Shown: one piece after another, positions 40,177-54,501 of the stretch
Position numbering within the stretch: position 1 is the stretch's first letter
Layout of the letters: each line of letters starts with the position of its first letter
Assembly: GCA_012295275.1 (NCBI GenBank)
Contig: CM022666.1
Coordinates: 14,694,001-14,758,000 of the forward strand
Source: Chrysomallon squamiferum
Lineage: Eukaryota; Animalia; Mollusca
DNA: 64,000 nucleotides
Reading direction: 5' to 3'
The notes under the pieces: generated by a model
Databases searched by the model: none
Seen by the model: only the letters and a program-made list of their open reading frames with translations
Told to the model about the DNA's origin: nothing
Made by a program: the position numbers and the translations under genes

Positions 40177-41462
40177 AATTATCTAAAACAAGAAAATTGC
40201 TGACATGTCAGTCAAAGAGTAATGTAGAGAGAAATTTTATGTAAGTAACGATTTTTATTTACTTCTAAACATAATATTAATAATGATGATAATGTTGATA
40301 AAGACAACAAAACATTAAATAATGTATTAAAGAAACAAAAGTTTAATTATCATTTTTTTTATATTGAAAGACAACATTATAATAAAAATTAAATAAATTA
40401 TTTTAAAACGTCTGATTGATTTACTTACATGTTGTAATTAGAAAAACAAGTTTTAAAATTGTATTTGATTGTTAATAGTTGTATAAGTGACAGTGCAGTT
40501 TGTAAAAATTAAATATTTAACAACATATTTTATTTTGACAGTGACAACAATGAAGTTTGCAGAAATGTTGGGAGGAATGTTGTAAAGAAAATACGGAATT
40601 AATTAACAGAAGAAAACCATAATGGAGACAGGATGAAAGTTATGATGGAGTAACAAGTGACATAAGTTTTAGAGAAAACAAATGTTACATTTGGGAAAGT
40701 GAAATAACCTGTCACATTTTGAAAAATGCAAAACTGAATAAAGTAGCAGCTCAGACTGGAGTCTGTGTGGAGGGACACTGCGATGAGGAACTTCAAATAG
40801 CTGGAAATAAACATGCTTGTTTTGTTTCTTTTTTATTAGCTCTAAAATACACAGAAAAATGTGAAAGTCCACTGTATGACTACAGTAAAAAAAAAACCAA
40901 AAAAACCCACACTAGTCCACACATCACTTACACTAACGCTAGACAAAGAAACTTGATGTCTGTTTGTAATGAATACACATAATGAACCTGCTTGGTGTGA
41001 AGAAAACCAAAATGAAGACAGGATGAAAGTTATGAATGGAGTAACAGGTGACAGAGAAAACAAATGTTACATTTGGGAAAGTGAAATAACCTGTCACATT
41101 TTACAAAGTGCAGAACTGAATAAAGTAGCAGCTCAGATTGGAGTTTGTGAAGAGGGACCCTGTGATGAGGAAATTTTAATATCTACTAAGAAACATTCTT
41201 CGTGTGTTAATTTCTGTAGCTGTGAAGGAAGTGTAATAGTCCAGTGTGACTATAAAACAAACACACTAGTCCACACATCACTTTACACCAGTACTAGACA
41301 GAGAAAGTAAAAAGCTACACATAACAAACACAGACACTAACACACTTGTGCACACACTGTGTTTGCTGTTTACAGTCCTACTTTGTTTGATGTGAAAGTG
41401 AAAATTTTACCTGATTTATCAAAGAATTCCACTTTGCTCAAACTGATCTCTTCTTTAATTGA
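40177..41462 (+). pseudogene. Broken copies of TRIM-B exon 2 and two tandem partial copies of the SPRY-like exon 3 (unit 1)
   Basis: The exon-2 copy 40177-40240 is 64 nt (vs 78, a frameshift) with AG/GTAAGT intact. Exon-3 copy A starts at 40542 and copy B spans ~40990-41462 ('EDRMKVMNGVTGD..VAAQIGVCEEG'); both have indels and stops. Confidence 0.88.
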
Positions 41463-42589
41463 ATGTTTGATACAAAATAAATAAATAAATAAATGTGATA
41501 TTTTAAAACTGTTTTTGTTTTTATTGCTAAATCACATAAATGTATAATGTTCATGTGACAGTTGTCTTATTTTTTTATTCATTCCTACTTTGTTTCCTTC
41601 CTTATATTTACTATTATATTTTTATTTTATTTATTTAATTCTTTATTTTAGGTTCTTCACTCTTTCCTGTATTCTATCATTCACCTAGGTATTACTTTTT
41701 TTTTTTTTTTTCATTTTTTTGTTATTCCTAACTTTTTCATTCCTTCATTCTTTCCTTTCTGTATTGTGTTAGTTCTTTCTTTTTTCTTTCCCATTGTTCT
41801 CTAAGCTTGTATTACATTAATTGTTTCAGATGTTGAAAAATTACTGACTTACAAATTCTATATAGTAATTGTTAGAGATGCATCATTGTGTGGCAAAATC
41901 TGAAACATTCATATTTTTAATTCTCTTGCAAGGGTTATTTTTATTTATTTACTGACATATACTTGTACTAGTTATCCAGCATGTAACATATTATGCACTG
42001 TTTTGTGTTTTGTTTTTTAAAGTTTTCTTTTTCTTCTTAATTTTTAATTTTTAATTAATTAATTAATTTTTTTGATGGGTTGCTCCCTTATTTCCATCCA
42101 TTTTGATTCCTTTAGTGGTTCCTTTAAGCTTTTTGACTGAATTACAATACCATTTTTAGTTGTTTCTCTTTGTTTGTAAATTATTGATGACAACAGTCAT
42201 TACCATCTTTATCAGTCTTTTATTATTATTATTATTTTTTATTATTATTATTATTATTAATAATTTTATATTTCAAGAGTTTAAAAATTAATAGTAATAG
42301 TTTACTGCATTTAAAAAAAGAGTTATAATAATAATAAACATCCTATATACATCTTACATTGCTACATATTATTTTTTGTTATTATTCCATATTTATATTG
42401 CACCTTTTCCATACTAAGTAAGTTAAAGGATTATGTGTACAGTGTAAACTAATAAACTAAAATATTAAAATAAATGTAAACATAATGGTGAACATGTTAA
42501 AATGGTGATCAACACTGTATAACAATTAACAGACTAGCCTGAACATTTTAGAATTGGAAAAATAAAACAACTGTATATTGACAAAGTGG

Positions 42590-42757
42590 ATTTGAAAGAA
42601 ATGGGTCTTTAGTAGCGTTTTAAATGTAGTTTCAGCCTTCTTGGTGTTACTTAGCTCAGATTATGGAGCTCAGACCTTGATGTTACTTGGGAGTGAGTTC
42701 CACACAGTTGATGCAACAAACCTGAAATATCTCTAGCCATATGTAGTTCTTAATGGT
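42590..42757 (-). mobile_element. 3' end fragment of an L2/CR1-group LINE (unit 1)
   Basis: The minus strand translates to 'RTTYG*RYFRFVASTVWNSLPSNIK..ETTFKTLLKTHFF', the typical C-terminus of L2-type ORF2. Confidence 0.75.
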
Positions 42758-42927
42758 GACAATAAAATTGACTACTGCAGTTATTTCCTTTCGACTACAT
42801 TTTCACGACACAGTACTACATATACAAGTGAAAAGCTGATATAGATTTAATCTGCAGTGTATTTATTTCATTTTATTATTTTTCTTTTCTCTTCTTTTCT
42901 CTTCTTTTTTCTTTTTCTTTTCTTCTT

Positions 42928-45900
42928 AAAATGTTACGAAAACTGAGGAATGGTCCATTGTTAGTAAAATGCTCAGAAAAGAGGCATTCAAAAAAGTTAC
43001 TTAAATGAAGAATTTTTGAATACTTCTAAAAGTCAGTCTAAATAGCCTAATACCCATTAAAATGTGTGGAGTACCTATTAGAGTCAGTCCACACACAACA
43101 CTGACAACATCCAAAGGAGTGATTGCAGGTAGGGATCTGGAAGATGTTAGTGAGGAAGACTCAACGTGTCGTATCTGTCAAACAGTACCTTTATTCTGAC
43201 TTTTAATGTGTCCACTCTTCCAGATTCAGTGAAAGCAGGATATTTACGTATTTCTGTTGTACCGTATTCCAAACCGTCACAAACGTGGACATTAACAGAT
43301 AGCATGTCGTGACAGACAGACACGTGCTCCATGAATTCAGGTTGACCATGAAAGCAAGACATGTCAAAACTATATGGCACGTACCAATTATGGAGAGAAA
43401 CACTGCGAACTCGCGAGGGTGCCAAAAGTAGAAATTAGGGAAAACGGTACAGCGTATCAAAGTAGAAAGGAAACTGTCATTCACTGAGGCTAAAAATGTG
43501 GTAGAGTTTTCTTCAGCAGTAGTAACACGTCCCAGCAGCGTCTGTCTGGAAGAGAGACCAAGAAACAGAGTAAGGATTTTTCTTCAGAAAGATTAAAGAA
43601 AGCTGAAAAACAACCTGTTATGACCGATAATCTTTAGACAACTGGCTGATATGTATGTTCTAATGGATGTATTAGAAAATCGTCCACAGCCTCGATAATC
43701 GTCGAAGCAAACGTTGAATCCCATAGTACCTCCTGATAACTAATTCAGTTACTGAGTGGAACTGTCGTGGGCTTAGGCCGATTTTGATGAATTGAGCCTT
43801 TCTGTTGTTAAACATAATCCCCTTGCAGACTGCCTTCAGGAAACTTTTCTTAAAGACACTGATCCTTTTCCTGCTAGAGGGTCTAACCCAGTGTTTCTCA
43901 ACCTTTTTTTACTCTCGACATACCTACGAGCGCATGAAACTGTCGCGACACAGTAATAATTTTAAATATTATATGATGAAATCGTAAAATAAATTAAAAT
44001 ATATATATATATGGACTTGTCTGATACAGTTTATTATGTTAGTATCCCAGAATTGCCACTTACCTAGTGTGAAACTTGTGCCTGGTGTTGTCTTATGACT
44101 TCTTGAATATTTGGTCGTATGTGCGATAAGCAAACTCTCATTTCTTCTTCAGTGGAACGTAATCTTTCTCTCTTCTTATTTTTTATATTATTTAAGGTTG
44201 AAAAGCCCAATTCACACAAATAAGAAGTAGAGAATTGTAAAAGAACTAACAGGGCTTTTTCAGCTAATGCGGGAAATTCCTTTTGTATTGAAATCCAAAA
44301 TGTGTCGATATCTACCTCAGAATGCTTCATTTTAAGACTGCGGTCACTTGAAATGGTAGCCAATTCTTCTTCTTCGCATAATTTAAGCACAATATTAGAA
44401 GGAACATCTACAAAAGGATTACGAACCCAGTCGTACTTTTCAGTGTTCAGCGACGGAAAGTACTGGTCGATGTTTTCTTCGAGCGCTGTCAGATGCTCAA
44501 CCACGATAGGGATCATTTCTTTAGTGCAGTTAGTACGCATTGTAGGAAACATATCAAACTCACCCAACTTTGCTCTGTTTTTCCAAATAACAATTTTCTT
44601 TTTAAGGGCAACCAACTTATCTGTCGAAGTTAGAATATTTTCGTTTCGACCTTGCATATGTTCACAATATTAAGTTGACCAAATATTTCCGTTAAATATT
44701 TGCAAAGTCTGTTCTAACTAGCATAATTTCTTAACTAAATACACCTAGTTAGCTACATCTCTTTACTAATAAGTGTTTAAGAATGACAATAATTTAAAAC
44801 ACAGCGAAGTTAATTCGGCAATCGGCATTACGCACGCGAACAGACGACCAGTGTTGAACAACACCAAACACACAACCTATCACACTGACGTCTCATGGGC
44901 AACTGATCGACCTTGAGCGATAGGTGCAAAGGTTGGTGGCCGCCACTGATCGGTGGACTTTGAATGTGTGCATATTCATTGGAGAAAGGAAGTTCCTTCC
45001 TCCAAGGCATATTAGTAGAACATAACACCGAGATTTTTACACATTGTCCGTGTTTTCAGGTGTTCGTCACAAAGTTTCGCGACACACCTGAGGGAGCCTC
45101 GCGACACGGCGGTTGAGAATCACTGATGTAACCTATCACAAATTCGAGGAAACTGAAAACAGTTTATAAAACCATAACTTTATATTCAGTTTATCGCAAT
45201 CATTTCAGTTTTGACACTCAGGATCTGAAAGAGCTCAAAGACCAGGGCATATCTCCTTTTATTATGATGGGAGATTTGAGTGGTCATCATATATTGTGGG
45301 TGTGTGAAGAGGTTAATAATAGAGGACAACAATTGTAAGACACAGTTCTCAAAAAGGACTTGATTCCTTTTAACACTAAGTCACAAATATTTTCATTCTG
45401 GAAGCGATACCTTCATTCAGTAGATTTACCCCTTTGTAGTCGACCAGTTCGTATTGATTTCTGCTTCATCCTTGCGGTTGTGACTACTTTCCAATTTTCT
45501 TGGAGAATGACAGACTACCTTCTCTGGTAAAGGTTCATGGATGGAAACTGACGAAGGGAAATTGGGATTTATTCCGACATCTTCACCAATATGCTATTAC
45601 AGAAGCTGACAACATCAACCAGTGTATCAAACTGGTGTTCGTTGCTCTTTATACATCGACGATTTTCAGATTTGCTATCGCTTGTCCGATACGATTATTG
45701 TCGAATACGAGTTGCAACTTTGTCTGAATAAACTTTAGCAATGACCATCTGACAACAGTTTTAAATTCTCAATAATTTAAACGTTACTGGCAATACTGAA
45801 TGGGGAGCAGATAGAAAGGACATGTTCCGACTCTGTAGTTTCTTAATACAATCTAAATCGGATTACGGGTCCACTGTATTTGGGTAGGCAACCAGTTGTT

Positions 45901-45965
45901 AGCTGCAGATGCTAGATCCCATTCTCAACCAGGGTATGCATCATCGAGTTCGGACGAGTGTTCTT
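42928..45965 (+). mobile_element. I/Nimb-type LINE fragment (copy 2)
   Basis: As copy 1 but 5'-truncated. It retains the RT catalytic motif YIDD (45652-45663) and downstream 'EWGADRK..SKSDYGSTVFG..LQMLDPILNQG'. Confidence 0.85.
43889..45125 (-). mobile_element. Buster-type hAT element (copy 2)
   Basis: Same TIRs; left flank GTCTAACC, right flank ATGTAACC; transposase C-terminal ORF 44064-44657. Confidence 0.95.
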
Positions 45966-46005
45966 TTTTCATTAACGCGAATTAACTGTGAGATGTTTAT
46001 AAACA

Positions 46006-46100
<95 letters not shown>

Positions 46101-47317
46101 CACGTTCATTAAGATTATTAAGAATTAGTTTATTAATAAGAATAGTCAATGAATGAACAAATTTATAACAGAGAGAGAAAAAATAAGATTGATTTCTTCT
46201 CCTGGAAACACATGAAAGGTTCCTGAAAATGCAATAGGATCATTTTTAATTTATAGCAATAATAATAATAATAATAAATGAATGAATAGATAAATAAATA
46301 TTACTTTTACTTATTCCATAAATACAGTTAACATTGATTTTACCCTCTAATATCTTTGTAAAGAAAGTAGAAGACAGATAAATAGAAAGTAAATTAATCA
46401 CAAGAATGTGATTTTGTATTATCTGTCTGTCATAACAGAGTTCTTGCAACATTTTTCTGCCTGTTATAAAGACATCTTGAACTATATAACAGCTATATCA
46501 TTACGTCACGTGATGGTTCTCGTGTCACGTGAGGATTTTTATATTTTGTAGCGTAGGTATTATTGGTGTGACTCTTTGTATGTTAAATGATGCAGGATAA
46601 TGTGTAATAAGTTTATAAAACATATTCGTTTAATAGTAAAATTAGTGTTGACCTTTTGTATTGTTGTAGATCATCCTAATGTTTAATACACTTTTGGTTT
46701 TAATACTGTTCCTAATGAAAAACCAAAGATATAATCATAACAAATATATATATAAAACAAATAAATAAATAAATAAATTAAAAAAAACAATAACCTGGCT
46801 TTTATTTTTTATTAGTCTTAATTTGATGTTGGTGGCATTTCGAACTTCGTCATCGAATAAGACTTTATTTTGTTTATAAAACAATTTGGAAGTACATGCA
46901 TATTCATGGTTTAACATTGATTACAACGATAATTCGAAAATATACAGCAATTTAATAATAAAAGGTAAGTTATTATTATAGTTATTACGGTAGATTTAAC
47001 TTTTACGTCAGTTGACCTACTTAAAATAATAAATGGCGTTTGTTGCAGCCAGGATTGAGAAACGAACATCGAGTCGCTGTTTTTTTATTACTGTTACCAG
47101 GTTTGTAAACTTTGACTGAATTTATGGATTTGCTATAGACAAGTAGATAACATGTTTTCAATTTAATTAGGTAGTTAGTATTTAATAGCTGTGTGAGTCA
47201 GTAATTTCTCGCACTGCTGTTTAAATTTGTTTGCTATTACTGCTGTTACCGTACTACTAGTAATGCCGCTTTTTGCTGTCGTTTTTGCTATTATTATTAT
47301 TATTATTATTATTGCAG

Positions 47318-48606
47318 AATTATCTAAAACAAGAAAATTGCTGACATGTCAGTCAAAGAGTAATGTAGAGAGAAATTTTATGTAAGTAACGATTTTTATT
47401 TACTTCTAAACATAATATTAATAATGATGATAATGTTGATAAAGACAACAATAACATTAAATAATGTATTAAAGAAACAAAAGTTTAATTATCATTTTTT
47501 TTATATTGAAAGACAACATTATAATAAAAATTAAATAAATTATTTTAAAACGTCTGATTGATTTACTTACATGTTGTAATTAGAAAAACAAGTTTTAAAA
47601 TTGTATTTGATTGTTAATAGTTGTATAAGTGACAGTGCAGTTTGTAAAAATTAAATATTTAACAACATATTTTATTTTGACAGTGACAACAATGAAGTTT
47701 GCAGAAATGTTGGGAGGAATGTTGTAAAGAAAATACGGAATTAATTAACAGAAGAAAACCATAATGGAGACAGGATGAAAGTTATGATGGAGTAACAAGT
47801 GACATAAGTTTTAGAGAAAACAAATGTTACATTTGGGAAAGTGAAATAACCTGTCACATTTTGAAATGTGCAAAACTGAATAAAGTAGCAGCTCAGACTG
47901 GAGTCTGTGTGGAGGGACACTGCGATGAGGAACTTCAAATAGCTGGAAATAAACATGCTTGTTTTGTTTTTTTTTATTAGCTCTAAAATACACAGAAAAA
48001 TGTGAAAGTCCACTGTATGACTACAGTAAAAAAAAAAAAAAACCAAAAAACCCACACTAGTCCACACATCACTTACACTAACGCTAGACAAAGAAACTTG
48101 ATGTCTGTTTGTAATGAATACACATAATGAACCTGCTTTGGTGTGAAGAAAACCAAAATGAAGACAGGATGAAAGTTATGAATGGAGTAACAGGTGACAG
48201 AGAAAACAAATGTTACATTTGGGAAAGTGAAATAACCTGTCACATTTTACAAAGTGCAGAACTGAATAAAGTAGCAGCTCAGATTGGAGTTTGTGAAGAG
48301 GGACCCTGTGATGAGGAAATTTTAATATCTACTAAGAAACATTCTTCGTGTGTTAATTTCTGTAGCTGTGAAGGAAGTGTAATAGTCCAGTGTGACTATA
48401 AAACAAACACACTAGTCCACACATCACTTTACACCAGTACTAGACAGAGAAAGTAAAAAGCTACACATAACAAACACAGACACTAACACACTTGTGCACA
48501 CACTGTGTTTGCTGTTTACAGTCCTACTTTGTTTGATGTGAAAGTGAAAATTTTACCTGATTTATCAAAGAATTCCACTTTGCTCAAACTGATCTCTTCT
48601 TTAATT
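47318..48606 (+). pseudogene. Broken TRIM-B exon 2 and doubled exon 3 copies (unit 2)
   Basis: Near-identical to 40177-41462. The exon-2 copy is at 47318-47381 and exon-3 copy A starts at 47684. Confidence 0.88.
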
Positions 48607-49365
48607 GAATGTTTGATACAAAATAAATAAATAAATAAATGTGATATTTTAAAACTGTTTTTGTTTTTATTGCTAAATCATATAAATGTATAATGTTCAT
48701 GTGACAGTTGTCTTATTTTTTTATTCATTCCTACTTTGTTTCCTTCCTTATATTTACTATTATATTTTTATTTTATTTATTTAATTCTTTATTTTAGGTT
48801 CTTCACTCTTTCCTGTATTCTATCATTCACCTAGGTATTACTATTTTTTTTTTTTTCATTTATTTTGTTATTCCTAACTTTTTCATTCCTTCATTCTTTC
48901 CTTTCTGTATTGTGTTAGTTCTTTCTTTTTTCTTTCCCATTGTTCTCTAAGCTTGTATTACATTAATTGTTTCAGATGTTGAAAAATTACTGACTTACAA
49001 ATTCTATATAGTAATTGTTAGAGATGCATCATTGTGTGGCAAAATCTGAAACATTCATATTTTTAATTCTCTTGCAATGGTTATTTTTATTTATTTACTG
49101 ACATATACTTGTACTAGTTATCCAGCATGTAACATATTATGCACTGTTTTGTGTTTTGTTTTTTAAAGTTTTCTTTTTCTTCTTAATTTTTAATTTTTAA
49201 TTAATTAATTAATTTTTTTGATGGGTTGCTTCCTTATTTCCATCCATTTTGATTCCTTTAGTGGTTCCTTTAAGCTTTTTGACTGAATTACAATACCATT
49301 TTTAGTTGTTTCTCTTTGTTTGTAAATTATTGATGACAACAGTCATTACCATCTTTATCACAGTC

Positions 49366-49407
<42 letters not shown>

Positions 49408-49732
49408 AATTTTATATTTCAAGAGTTTAAAAATTAATAGTAATAGTTTACTGCATTTAAAAAAGAGTTATAATAATAATGAACATCCTATATACATCTT
49501 ACATTGCTACATATTATTTTTTGTTATTATTCCATATTTATATTGCACCTTTTCCATACTAAGTAAGTTAAAGGATTATGTGTACAGTGTAAACTAATAA
49601 ACTAAAATAATAAAATAAATGTAAACATAATGGTGAACATGTTAAAATGGTGATCAACACTGTATAACAATTAACAGACTAGCCTGAACATTTTAGAATT
49701 GGAAAAATAAAACAACTGTATATTGACAAAGT

Positions 49733-49895
49733 GGATTTGAAAGAAATGGGTCTTTAGTAGCGTTTTGAATGTAGTTTCAGCCTTCTTGTTACTTAGCTCA
49801 GATTATGGAGCTCAGACCTTGATGTTACTTGGGAGTGAGTTCCACAAAGTTGCAACAAACCTGAAATATCTCTAGCCATATGTAGTTCTTAATGG
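49733..49895 (-). mobile_element. L2/CR1-group LINE 3' fragment (unit 2)
   Basis: Copy of 42590-42757. Confidence 0.72.
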
Positions 49896-50072
49896 TGACA
49901 ATAAAATTGACTACTGCAGTTATTTCCCTTCGACTACATTTTCACGACACACTACTACATATACAAGTGAAAAGCTGATATAGGTTTAATCTGCAGTGTA
50001 TTTATTTCATTTTATTATTTTTCTTTTCTCTTCTTTTCTCTTCTTTTTTCTTTTTCTTTTTCTTTTCTTCTT

Positions 50073-53000
50073 AAAATGTTACGAAAACTGAGGAATGGTC
50101 CATTGTTAGTAAAATGCTCAGAAAAGAGGCATTCCAAAAAGTTACTTAAATGAATAATTTTTCAATACTTCTAACAGTCAGTCTAAATAGCCTAATACCC
50201 ATTAAAATGTGTGGAGTACCTATTAGAGTCAGTCCACACACAACACTGACAACATCCAAAGGAGTGATTGCAGGTAGGGATCTGGAAGATGTTAGTGAGG
50301 AAGACTCAACGTGTCGTATCTGTCAAACAGTACCTTTATTCTGACTTTTAATGTGTCCACTCTTCCAGATTCAGTGAAAGCAGGATATTTACGTATTTCT
50401 GTTGTACCGTATTCCAAACCGTCACAAACGTGGACATTAACAGAGAGCATGTCGTGACAGACAGACACGTGCTCCATGAGGTCAGTTTGACCATGAAAGC
50501 AAGACATGTCAAAACTATATGGCATGTACCAATTATGGAGAGAAACACTGCGAACTCGCGAGGGTGCCAAAAGTAGAAATTAGGGAAAACGGTACAGCGT
50601 ATCAAAGTAGAAAGGAAACTGTCATTCACTGAGGCTAAAAATGTGGTAGAGTTTTCTTCAGCAGTAGTAACACGTCCCAGCAGCGTCTGTCTGGAAGAGA
50701 GACCAAGAAACAGAGTAAGGATTTTTCTTCAGAAAGATTAAAGAAAGCTGAAAAACAACCTGTTATGACCGATAATCTTTAGACAACTGGCTGATATGTA
50801 TGTTCTAATGGATGTATTAGAAAATCGTCCACAGCCTCGATAATCGTCGAAGCAAACGTTGAATCCCATAGTACCTCCTGATAACTAATTCAGTTACTGA
50901 GTGGAACTGTCGTGGGCTTAGGCCGATTTTGATGAATTGAGCCTTTCTGTTGTTAAACATAATCCCCTTGCAGACTGCCTTCAGGAAACTTTTCTTAAAG
51001 ACACTGATCCTTTTCCTGCTAGAGGGTCTAACCCAGTGTTTCTCAACCTTTTTTTACTCTCGACATACCTACGAGCGCATGAAACTGTCGCGACACAGTA
51101 ATAATTTTAAATATTATATGATGAAATCGTAAAATAAATTAAAATATATATATATATGGACTTGTCTGATACAGTTTATTATGTTAGTATCCCAGAATTG
51201 CCACTTACCTAGTGTGAAACTTGTGCCTGGTGTTGTCTTATGACTTCTTGAATATTTGGTCGTATGTGCGATAAGCAAACTCTCATTTCTTCTTCAGTGG
51301 AACGTAATCTTTCTCTCTTCTTATTTTTTATATTATTTAAGGTTGAAAAGCCCAATTCACACAAATAAGAAGTAGAGAATTGTAAAAGAACTAAGAGGGC
51401 TTTTTCAGCTAATGCGGGAAATTCCTTTTGTATTGAAATCCAAAATGTGTCGATATCTACCTCAGAATGCTTCATTGTAAGACTGCGGTCACTTGAAATA
51501 GTAGCCAATTCTTCTTCTTCGCATAATTTAAACCAAATATTAGAAGGAACATCTACAAAAGGATTACGAACCCAGTCGTACTTTTCAGTGTTCAGCAACG
51601 GAAAGTAGTGGTCGATGTTTTCTTCGAGCGCTGTCAGATGCTCAACCACGATAGGGATCATTTCTTTAGTGCAGTTAGTACGCATTAGAGGAAACAGATC
51701 AAACTCACCCGACTTTGCTCTGTTTTTCCAAATAACAATTTTCTTTTTAAGGGCAACCAACTTATCTGTCGAAGTTAGAATATTTTCGTTTCGACCTTGT
51801 ATATATGTTCACAATATTAAGTTGACCAAATATTTCCGTTAAATATTTGCAAAGTCTGTTCTAACTAGCATAATTTCTTAACTAAATACACCTAGTTAGC
51901 TACATCTCTTTACTAATAAGTGTTTAAGAATGACAATAATTTAAAACACAGCGAAGTTAATTCGGCAATCGGCATTACGCACGCGAACAGACGACCAGTG
52001 TTGAACAACACCAAACACACAACCTATCACACTGACGTCTCATGGGCAACTGATCGACCTTGAGCGATAGGTGCAAAGGTTCGTGGCCGCCACTGATCGG
52101 TGGACTTTGAATGTGTGCATATTCATTGGAGAAAGGAAGTTCCTTCCTCCAAGGCATATTAGTAGAACATAACACCGAGATTTTTACACATTGTCCGTGT
52201 TTTCAGGTGTTCGTCACAAAGTTTCGCGACACACCTGAGGGAGCCTCGCGACACGGCGGTTGAGAATCACTGTTGTAACCTATCACAAATTCGAGGAAAC
52301 TGAAAACAGTTTATAAAACCATAACTTTATATTCAGTTTATCGCAATCATTTCAGTTTTGACACTCAGGATCTGAAAGAGCTCAAAGACCAGGGCATATC
52401 TCCTTTTATTCTGATGGGAGATTTGAGTGGTCATCATATATTGTGGGTGTGTGAAGAGGTTAATAATAGAGGACAACAATTGTAAGACACAGTTCTCAAA
52501 AAGGACTTGATTCCTTTTAACACTAAGTCACAAATATTTTCATTCTGGAAGCGATACCTTCATTCAGTAGATTTACCCCTTTGAAGTCGAACAGTTTGTA
52601 TTGATTTCTGCTTCATCCTTGCGGTTGTGACTACTTTCCAATTTTCTTGGAGAATGACAGACTATCTTCTCTGGTAAAGGTTCATGGATGGAAACTGACG
52701 AAGGGAAATTGGGATTTATTCCGACATCTTCACCAATATGCCATTACAGAAGCTGACAACATCAACCAGTGTATGAAATTGGTGTTCATTGCTCTTTATG
52801 CATCGACGATTTTCAGATTTGCTATCGCTTGTCCAATACGATTATTGTCGAATACGAGTTGCAACTTTGTCTGAATAAACTTTAGCAATGACCATCTGAC
52901 AACAGTTTTAAATTCTCAATAATTTAAACGTTACTGGCAATACTGAATGGGGAGCAGATAGAAAGGACATGTTCCGACTCTGTAGTTTCTTAATACAATC

Positions 53001-53110
53001 TAAATCGGATTACGGGTCCACTGTATTTGGGTAGGCAACCAGTTGTTAGCTGCAGATGCTAGATCCCATTCTCAACCAGGGTATGCATCATCGAGTTCGG
53101 ACGAGTGTTC
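50073..53110 (+). mobile_element. I/Nimb-type LINE fragment (copy 3)
   Basis: Same motifs as copies 1 and 2. Confidence 0.85.
51034..52272 (-). mobile_element. Buster-type hAT element (copy 3)
   Basis: Same TIRs; left flank GTCTAACC, right flank TTGTAACC; transposase C-terminal ORF 51209-51760. Confidence 0.95.
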
Positions 53111-53150
53111 GTTTTTCATTAACGCGAATTAACTGTGAGATGTTTATAAA

Positions 53151-53231
<81 letters not shown>

Positions 53232-53388
53232 CACGTTCATTAAGATTATTAAGAATTAGTTTATTAATAAGAATAGTCAATGAATGAACAAATTTATAAC
53301 AGAGAGAGAAAAAATAAGATTGATTTCTTCTCCTGGAAACACATGAAAGGTTCCTGAAAATGCAATAGGATCATTTTTAATTTATAGC

Positions 53389-53446
<58 letters not shown>

Positions 53447-54454
53447 GAATGAATAGATAGATAAATATTACTTTTACTTATTCCATAAATACAGTTAACA
53501 TTGATTTTACCCTCTAATATCTTTGTAAAGAAAGTAGAAGACAGATAAATAGAAAGTAAATTAATCACAAGAATGTGATGTTGTATTATCTGTCTGTCAT
53601 AACAGAGTTCTTGCAACATTTTTCTGCCTGTTATAAAGACATCTTGAACTATATAACAGCTATATCATTACGTCACGTGATGGTTCTCGTGTCACGTGAG
53701 GATTTTTATATTTTGTAGCGTAGGTATTATTGGTGTGACTCTTTGTATGTTAAATGATGCAGGATAATGTGTAATAAGTTTATAAAACATATTCGTTTAA
53801 TAGTAAAATTAGTGTTGACCTTTTGTATTGTTGTAGATCATCCTAATGTTTAATACACTTTTGGTTTTAATACTGTTCCTAATGAAAAACCAAAGATATA
53901 ATCATAACAAATATATATATAAAACAAATAAATAAATAAATAAATTAAAAAAACAATAACCTGGCTTTTATTTTTTATTAGTCTTAATTTGATGTTGGTG
54001 GCATTTCGAACTTCGTCATCGAATAAGACTTTATTTTGTTTATAAAACAATTTGGAAGTACATGCATATTCATGGTTTAACATTGATTACAACGATAATT
54101 CGAAAATATACAGCAATTTAATAATAAAAGGTAAGTTATTATTATAGTTATTACGGTAGATTTAACTTTTACGTCAGTTGACCTACTTAACATAATAAAT
54201 GGCGTTTCTTGCAGCCAGGATTGAGAAACGAACATCGAGTCGCTGTTTTTTTATTATTGTTACCAGGTTTGTAAACTTTGACTGAATTTATGGATTTGCT
54301 ATAGACAAGTAGATAACATGTTTTCAGTTTAGTTAGGTAGTTAGTATTTAATAGCTGTGTGAGTCAGTAATTTCTCGCACTGCTGTTTAAATTTGTTTGC
54401 TATTACTGCTGTTACCGTACTGCTAGTAATGCCGCTTTTTGTTGTCGTTTTTGC

Positions 54455-54497
<43 letters not shown>

Positions 54498-54501
54498 GCA
54501 G

